Below are positions 58,502 to 64,000 of a stretch of DNA of 64,000 bases, piece after piece. Made by a program: the position numbers and the translations under genes. Source of the stretch: Candidatus Binatia bacterium (GTDB lineage Bacteria > Desulfobacterota > Binatia > Bin18); the NCBI GenBank assembly GCA_963666315.2, contig CAXXHG010000018.1, positions 1 through 64,000 of the forward strand, given 5' to 3'. How positions within the stretch are numbered: position 1 is the stretch's first letter; every line of letters starts with the position of its first letter. The notes under the pieces are model-generated. The model ran no database searches. It was not told the origin of the DNA and was given only the letters and a program-made list of their open reading frames with translations.

Positions 58502-59619
58502 GGCCTCTCCTCCTCAGCAGTACGAGAAGCAGACGCACTCGCAACACACGTCTGTACAACCGTAGTCGTCGCATCGGGCCGACCTAACGCCGCCGCCGCA
58601 TGGGCCATCGCAACTAATTCTTCTCTCTCTCGCAGCAAATCCTGAATTTCCTGCCGCAACAATTCCGGAGTAAGGGCACGATCAAGCACCATACGGGCTG
58701 CGCCGGCTTGGACAAGCGCTTCAGCATTGGCTCGCTGATGATCGTCGGCGGCATACGGATAGGGTATGAGTATGGCCGGTTTCCCAAGCAGCGTGAGTTC
58801 CGCAGTCGTCATGGCACCGGCCCGGCAAATGACTAAATCTGCCGGTGCATAGACATCCTGCATGTCGTCAATAAACGGTAAGACCCGAGCGCTTATCCCC
58901 GTTTTCGCATACTGGGCTTTGACCATCTCGTAGTCGGCTCTGCCGGTTTGATGGATGACCTGGAACAGGGGCTGTTTCTTTTGATCAGTATGTACAAGCG
59001 ACAAGGCTTGCGGCACAATTTGATTCAGTCTATGCGCTCCGGCACTCCCGCCGAAAACGAGGATCGTAAACGGCTTCCCCTCAACGTCCGTGGGCTGAAT
59101 TTCCCGTAGCGCAAGACGGACAGGATTTCCGGTATACACAACTTTGTCTGTCGGGAAGAACCGCACGGCTGCCTCAAATCCCACACACACCCGTGCGGCA
59201 AACCAACTCAGGAATCGATTCGCAAGCCCAGGAATCGCATTCGGCTCAAGCAAGACACACGGGACACGTTGCAGCCAGCCGGCCAGGACGGTCGGACCAG
59301 AAGCATAGCCACCGATACTGAAGATCACGTCAGGAGCAAATTCTCGCACTACGCGCCAGGCAGCCCCCATGCCATAACCCGCAACCCACACCGCTCGGAG
59401 CCGGCCCCACCATTTTTTACCGCGGAACTGTTCAGCCGGGATAAAACGCAAGGCAAATCCAAACCGCGGGATGACTTCTTTTTCCATCCCGCCCTGGGTG
59501 CCGACAAAGAGCACCGCAGCATCGACCTCACGTTGAGCAGCCTCTGCGACCGCAACACCAGGGAAGAGATGCCCCCCAGTACCTCCGGCTGCAAGTAAGA
59601 GTCGAAAGGTCTTAGGCAT
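58486..59619 (-). CDS. murG: Undecaprenyl-PP-MurNAc-pentapeptide GlcNAc transferase
   Basis: [36 protein letters not shown]. Confidence 0.97.
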   Translation of the reverse strand: MPKTFRLLLAAGGTGGHLFPGVAVAEAAQREVDAAVLFVGTQGGMEKEVIPRFGFALRFIPAEQFRGKKWWGRLRAVWVAGYGMGAAWRVVREFAPDVIFSIGGYASGPTVLAGWLQRVPCVLLEPNAIPGLANRFLSWFAARVCVGFEAAVRFFPTDKVVYTGNPVRLALREIQPTDVEGKPFTILVFGGSAGAHRLNQIVPQALSLVHTDQKKQPLFQVIHQTGRADYEMVKAQYAKTGISARVLPFIDDMQDVYAPADLVICRAGAMTTAELTLLGKPAILIPYPYAADDHQRANAEALVQAGAARMVLDRALTPELLRQEIQDLLREREELVAMAHAAAALGRPDATTTVVQTCVASASASRTAEEERPCQTK

Positions 59620-60748
59620 GCGCCATATTCTTCCGCTGTACCTCACGCGATAAACTCAGCAGGATGCCGATAGACAGGAGGATCATGACAAGTGCGGAGC
59701 CACCATAACTCACAAAGGGAAGCGGCAGGCCGGTTGTGGGGAGTAATCCAACCGCAACGGCCATATTGAGCCCGGCTTGGCACACCACTAAGAACGTACA
59801 CCCAAACGCTAACAGCTGGCCGAACCGGGTAGGATGATGCAGCGCAATCAATATCCCCCGTGCGGCTAAGAGGCCGAAGAGCACGAGAATACCTGTTGTT
59901 CCCCATAAGCCGGTCTCTTCCCCAACGACGGCAAAGACAAAGTCGGTATGGGCCTCAGGCAGGTAAAACATCTTCTGGCGACTTTCCCCCAACCCAACCC
60001 CGTGGACTCCGCCGGCCCCGAAGGCAAGCAAAGACTGATGCAGTTGGTAGCCTGCCCCTTGCAAATCCGCTGTTTGATTGAAAAAAGAGAACCAGCGGGT
60101 CATCCGATAGCCCGCGCTCAGTACGCCGTAACCCAAAAAGAGGAGTCCACCTCCGGCCAGCAGGGCTAAATGTCGCAACCGTGCTCCAGCGACAAAGAGC
60201 AAAGCAAACAGGAGCAGGCACACAAAGACGGCTCCTCCCAAGTCCGGCTCAAGCGCTATCAATGCCGCCACAGTACCGACCACCAAGAGCGGCGGGAGCA
60301 CTCCATCCAGAAAGCTCTGGATGCGATCAGATTTTTTCGTCAACGCATACGCTAGGTATAAGACAACCGCGCCTTTTGCAAATTCGGAGGGTTGAAAATT
60401 GAGCGGTCCAAAGGGTAACCAACGCTGGACTTTCCCGTGAGCGACGCCGGGCACGAGGACGACACATAAACCCAACACCGCCACGAGTAACATCGGGTAG
60501 GCAAACCGCCGGAACACAGCCGATGGCAAAACCATGGCCACACCACATCCAACGCTGCCGATCAGTAGGGCCAGGTTGTGCTTACGGACAAACAGATAGG
60601 GATCGTCAAAGCGGTCGAACGCATAAAGATAGGTGGTGTTAAAAACAAATATCTCTCCGCTGAGGACGAGGAGAATGATGACGCCGAGCAGCCACGAGTC
60701 AACTGGGCCACGACGTATCAGCTCGGCGGGGTGCTCAGCTTGAAACAT
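59612..60748 (-). CDS. ftsW: Peptidoglycan polymerase FtsW
   Basis: QPSEFAK, EPDLG, LPEAHTDF, TGLPLPFVSYGGS. Confidence 0.97.
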   Translation of the reverse strand: MFQAEHPAELIRRGPVDSWLLGVIILLVLSGEIFVFNTTYLYAFDRFDDPYLFVRKHNLALLIGSVGCGVAMVLPSAVFRRFAYPMLLVAVLGLCVVLVPGVAHGKVQRWLPFGPLNFQPSEFAKGAVVLYLAYALTKKSDRIQSFLDGVLPPLLVVGTVAALIALEPDLGGAVFVCLLLFALLFVAGARLRHLALLAGGGLLFLGYGVLSAGYRMTRWFSFFNQTADLQGAGYQLHQSLLAFGAGGVHGVGLGESRQKMFYLPEAHTDFVFAVVGEETGLWGTTGILVLFGLLAARGILIALHHPTRFGQLLAFGCTFLVVCQAGLNMAVAVGLLPTTGLPLPFVSYGGSALVMILLSIGILLSLSREVQRKNMAHA

Positions 60749-60750
60749 GC

Positions 60751-62121
60751 TTAAAGTGCCTCAACGTAGGACCGAAAGACTTCCCCCCGGTGGGTATAGT
60801 TCTGAAACTGATCAAAGCTCGCACACGCGGGAGAAAGTAAGACCGTATCTCCAGCCTGCGCGCCAATGTGCGCGGCCTGAACTGCAGCGTCTAATGCCTC
60901 GACCCGCAGCGTTTCTGTTTCCCGCCCAAGTGCCGCGTGCAACACGTGCTGGGCTTGACCAAAGAGGATGAGTTTTTTCACCCTGGTCCGCACCAGATCT
61001 CTTAAAGAACAGTAATCGCCCCCTTTCTCTACTCCTCCAGCCAGCAAGATAATTGGTCCGGAAAAGCTCAGGAGCGATTGCACCACGGCACCAACATTCG
61101 TCCCTTTGGAGTCATTGATATAGGTCACACCGTTCTTCTCTGCCACGAACTCAAGCCGGTGCGGTAAACCCGGAAACCGCGCCAACACGGTCCGAATCAC
61201 GCCAGGCGACACCCCCCACAACGTTGCCGCACTCACCGCAGCCATGACATTGGAGATATTGTGACGACCACGAATACGCAGACAGTCAAGTGGATAGCGT
61301 GTTTCCCGGTCGGCATGACGGACGACGAGAGTTCCGGTATCGATCCAAGCGCCTTGCCACGCCCTGGCCCCTGCCCCATCCGAACTACTTTCCGACGGAG
61401 GAGCCCAGCCAAAAGAAAAGAGCCGGCCGGGTAACTCCTGACACAGGGAGGGGATTAGCTGGTCGTCCCGGTTCATGACAACCCAGTCTGCGCTCCGCTG
61501 CTGCAAGAAGAGCTTCCGTTTTACCGCCCCGTATGTTTCGACACCGCCATGCCGATCCAAATGATCTTCACTCAGATTGAGAAACAGACCGATCTGCGGG
61601 CGAAACCGATGGACCCATTCCAGCTGGAAACTCGAAATTTCCGCAACTGCAACATCGTATGGAGTCCCCAGCGCTTCAATCAGCGGAGTCCCAAGATTTC
61701 CTCCAGTGAAGACTCGCCGTCCGCTTTGCCGCATCATCTCGCCGAGCAGGGTCGTTGTCGTGCTTTTGCCATTCGTGCCGGTCACCGCCAAGATAGGACA
61801 TGAGAGGAGACGAAACGCCAGTTCAATTTCGCTCCATACCGGAACCTTCCGACTCACCGCCGCTGTCAGCAGCGGGGCAGTCGCCGGCACGCCAGGACTG
61901 GGGATCACCAGATCAATCCCGCGCAGGACCAATGCAGGATCGGTTTCCGGACGGACTTCTACGGGGAGTCCATCAAGTTGTGCCAGAGCTGAGGCAAGGG
62001 CGTCGCCTGTCCGGCTCTCCGAGACGCAGACGTGTCCACCTTGGGAGACGAGAAACCGAGCGACGCTTCTCCCCGTCCGTCCAAGACCAATGACCAGCAC
62101 ATTCTTTCCGATCACATCCAT
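60751..62121 (-). CDS. murD: UDP-MurNAc-L-Ala--D-glutamate ligase
   Basis: TGTNGKSTTT, EISSFQL, DHLDRH, NDSKGTN, LSPACASFDQF. Confidence 0.97.
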   Translation of the reverse strand: MDVIGKNVLVIGLGRTGRSVARFLVSQGGHVCVSESRTGDALASALAQLDGLPVEVRPETDPALVLRGIDLVIPSPGVPATAPLLTAAVSRKVPVWSEIELAFRLLSCPILAVTGTNGKSTTTTLLGEMMRQSGRRVFTGGNLGTPLIEALGTPYDVAVAEISSFQLEWVHRFRPQIGLFLNLSEDHLDRHGGVETYGAVKRKLFLQQRSADWVVMNRDDQLIPSLCQELPGRLFSFGWAPPSESSSDGAGARAWQGAWIDTGTLVVRHADRETRYPLDCLRIRGRHNISNVMAAVSAATLWGVSPGVIRTVLARFPGLPHRLEFVAEKNGVTYINDSKGTNVGAVVQSLLSFSGPIILLAGGVEKGGDYCSLRDLVRTRVKKLILFGQAQHVLHAALGRETETLRVEALDAAVQAAHIGAQAGDTVLLSPACASFDQFQNYTHRGEVFRSYVEAL

Positions 62122-62141
62122 ACGCTTCGTGACTCTTCGTG

Positions 62142-63218
62142 TTAGCGTAGCTTCAACGTACTCAGCGCGCCTAAAGCGCAGATAATAGAGACTATCCAAA
62201 AGCGCACAATAATGAGCGGTTCCGGCCAACCAAGCAGCTCGAAGTGATGGTGCAGGGGTGCCATGCGAAAGATGCGTTTGCGCCGCAGCTTGTACGAGCC
62301 GACCTGAAAAATGACTGAGACGGCCTCAATCACAAAGACCCCACCCGCTATCGCTAAGACTATTTCTTGCTTGCTGATAAGCGCCACAATGCCCAGGGCG
62401 GCCCCCAAAGACAACGAGCCCATATCGCCCATAAACATCTGAGCGGGGTAGGCATTAAACCACAGAAAACCCAGTCCGGCTGCAGCCAGAGCCCCACAAA
62501 AAACCGCCATCTCGCCGGCTCCGGCCACATACGGCACCTGTAGGTATTCAGCGATTCTACTATGCCCGCTGACATACGCAAAAATGGCATACGTCACACC
62601 GACAATCATCACGGGTCCGATTGCCAACCCATCCAGGCCGTCGGTGAGGTTCACTGCGTTCGAGGCTCCCACAACAACCAGGGTGGCAAACGGCACATAC
62701 CACCAACCCAGGTCCGGGCGGAGATCCTTGAGAAAAGGAATGGTCAGCGTACTCTCAAATCCGGGCTGCCAGAAGAGCCAGAGTGCAGCCGCGAACGCGA
62801 TGATGAATTGGGCCAGGAATTTTTTCTTCCCCTGCAACCCGACCGAGTTTTGTTGACTGAGCTTCTGGTAATCATCGACAAACCCGATCAAACCAAAGCC
62901 TATAGTGACGCCGAGGGCAAGCCAGATGTATGGATTCGTTAAGTCTGCCAGCAGCAACGTTGCAAAAGTCAGTGAGAAAAGAATCAAGGCCCCACCCATA
63001 GTCGGCGTCCCTGCTTTGCTCTGATGGGCAGCGGGTCCATCTGAACGGATGGGCTGCCCAATCTTGAGCGCAGTCAATCGGGCAATCAGCCATGGCCCCA
63101 AGACAAAGGACGCACTGAGCGCAAACAGGGCGGCCAATAAAGTACGGAACGTGATGTAACGAAAAACGTTGAACCCGGAGTAGGTCGTGTGGAGGGAATA
63201 CAGGAAGGCGTACAGCAT
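62142..63218 (-). CDS. mraY: Phospho-MurNAc-pentapeptide transferase
   Basis: [35 protein letters not shown]. Confidence 0.98.
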   Translation of the reverse strand: MLYAFLYSLHTTYSGFNVFRYITFRTLLAALFALSASFVLGPWLIARLTALKIGQPIRSDGPAAHQSKAGTPTMGGALILFSLTFATLLLADLTNPYIWLALGVTIGFGLIGFVDDYQKLSQQNSVGLQGKKKFLAQFIIAFAAALWLFWQPGFESTLTIPFLKDLRPDLGWWYVPFATLVVVGASNAVNLTDGLDGLAIGPVMIVGVTYAIFAYVSGHSRIAEYLQVPYVAGAGEMAVFCGALAAAGLGFLWFNAYPAQMFMGDMGSLSLGAALGIVALISKQEIVLAIAGGVFVIEAVSVIFQVGSYKLRRKRIFRMAPLHHHFELLGWPEPLIIVRFWIVSIICALGALSTLKLR

Positions 63219-63311
63219 GACTTATTTCCTACTCCAGACCGCTGCGGTGCAATAGCGAGACATTCTGATTTTGCTCATTTTACCCATTTTGCTCATTCTG
63301 CTTCTCGCCAC

Positions 63312-64000
63312 TCAATGGCCTGCACCCGATAAATAGTTGCGGACCTCTTCAGCATCATCAAAATGATGCTTCGTCGTTCCAATGATCTGGTAATCTTCGT
63401 GTCCCTTGCCCGCAATCACGACCACATCTCCTGGTCGCGCTTCATCAAGTGCACGGCGAATAGCGCTGCGTCGATCAGGAATGACCGCATACATGCTGCG
63501 CAACGAGCCGACCGCAGCATGTTCTTCGCGCGTCATCCCAGACCGACTCAGTCCGGCTTCCGTCTCGGTCAGAATCTTGTGCGGATCTTCCGTACGTGGA
63601 TTGTCCGCCGTCAGCATCACCACATCGCTGAGTCGCCCTGCGACCTCGCCCATCAGCGGCCGTTTCCCGGTGTCCCGATCCCCACCGCAGCCGAACACGG
63701 TGATGAGGCGCTGAGGGGTGAGAGAGCGAAACGACGCGAGCGTCTTCTCAAGCGCATCCGGCTTATGGGCATAGTCAACAAATACCTCGAACGCCCGTCC
63801 GGTCCGAATGGCTTCTAAGCGTCCGGGAACGCACCGACACTGCGCAATCCCCGCCGCGATTTTTTCCGGTGGGACCCCCAGCGCATGGGCAACCGTTGTT
63901 GCCGCCAGGATGTTATACATATGCGGCTCCCCGATCAGTGCGGAAGCAATCTCGACCACATCGTTTGCAATGCGGAGCACGGCCTGCGTCCCATGAAAAC
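63312..64000 (-). CDS. murE: UDP-MurNAc-tripeptide synthetase (meso-DAP type), 5' part outside the window
   Basis: VDYAHKPDAL, FGCGGDRD, DNPR, AGKGHEDYQ. Confidence 0.95.
   Translation of the reverse strand, partial: FHGTQAVLRIANDVVEIASALIGEPHMYNILAATTVAHALGVPPEKIAAGIAQCRCVPGRLEAIRTGRAFEVFVDYAHKPDALEKTLASFRSLTPQRLITVFGCGGDRDTGKRPLMGEVAGRLSDVVMLTADNPRTEDPHKILTETEAGLSRSGMTREEHAAVGSLRSMYAVIPDRRSAIRRALDEARPGDVVVIAGKGHEDYQIIGTTKHHFDDAEEVRNYLSGAGH

Noticed and set aside
63222-63296. 24-aa ORF MSKMGKMSKIRMSRYCTAAVWSRK as a murF remnant or leader peptide
   Set aside because: No similarity to MurF is apparent; the ORF arises from a 9-bp tandem repeat

Overview
GC-rich bacterial chromosome segment. 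The gene content resembles a deltaproteobacterial-type lineage such as Binatia or Tectomicrobia; this is inference, not a taxonomic call. The housekeeping backbone comprises gpmA, engB, ogt, a lipid A acyltransferase, acpS, an E1alpha/E1beta/E2 2-oxoacid/acetoin dehydrogenase set followed by sthA, and a dcw cluster (murE-mraY-murD-ftsW-murG-murC-murB-ddl-ftsQ-ftsA-ftsZ) that lacks murF at its usual position and has a 1-nt frameshift in murC. Many accessory genes are decaying: a flagellar remnant (FleQ-like activator, fliD fragment, fliS, fliT) with intact sigma54 promoters, two c-di-GMP genes, an acetone-carboxylase-like operon, oligoendopeptidase F, TPR/MTase/AsmA fragments and several type II TA pairs. 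Two hotspots (about 11.5-13.4 kb and 32.9-36.8 kb) consist of REP-like palindromes, 170-270 bp direct repeats and tiny cassettes. The best candidate for an undescribed system lies there. Two homologous mini-cassettes 22 kb apart each carry a conserved promoter, a small single-TM peptide gene and a conserved hairpin whose T-tract is on the opposite strand, which is the layout of a convergent type I toxin-antitoxin (peptide/antisense RNA) locus. A third small-peptide cassette sits between direct repeats. No rRNA, tRNA, CRISPR array or intact transposase/integrase was recognised. All calls come from reading motifs by eye; no database searches were run.
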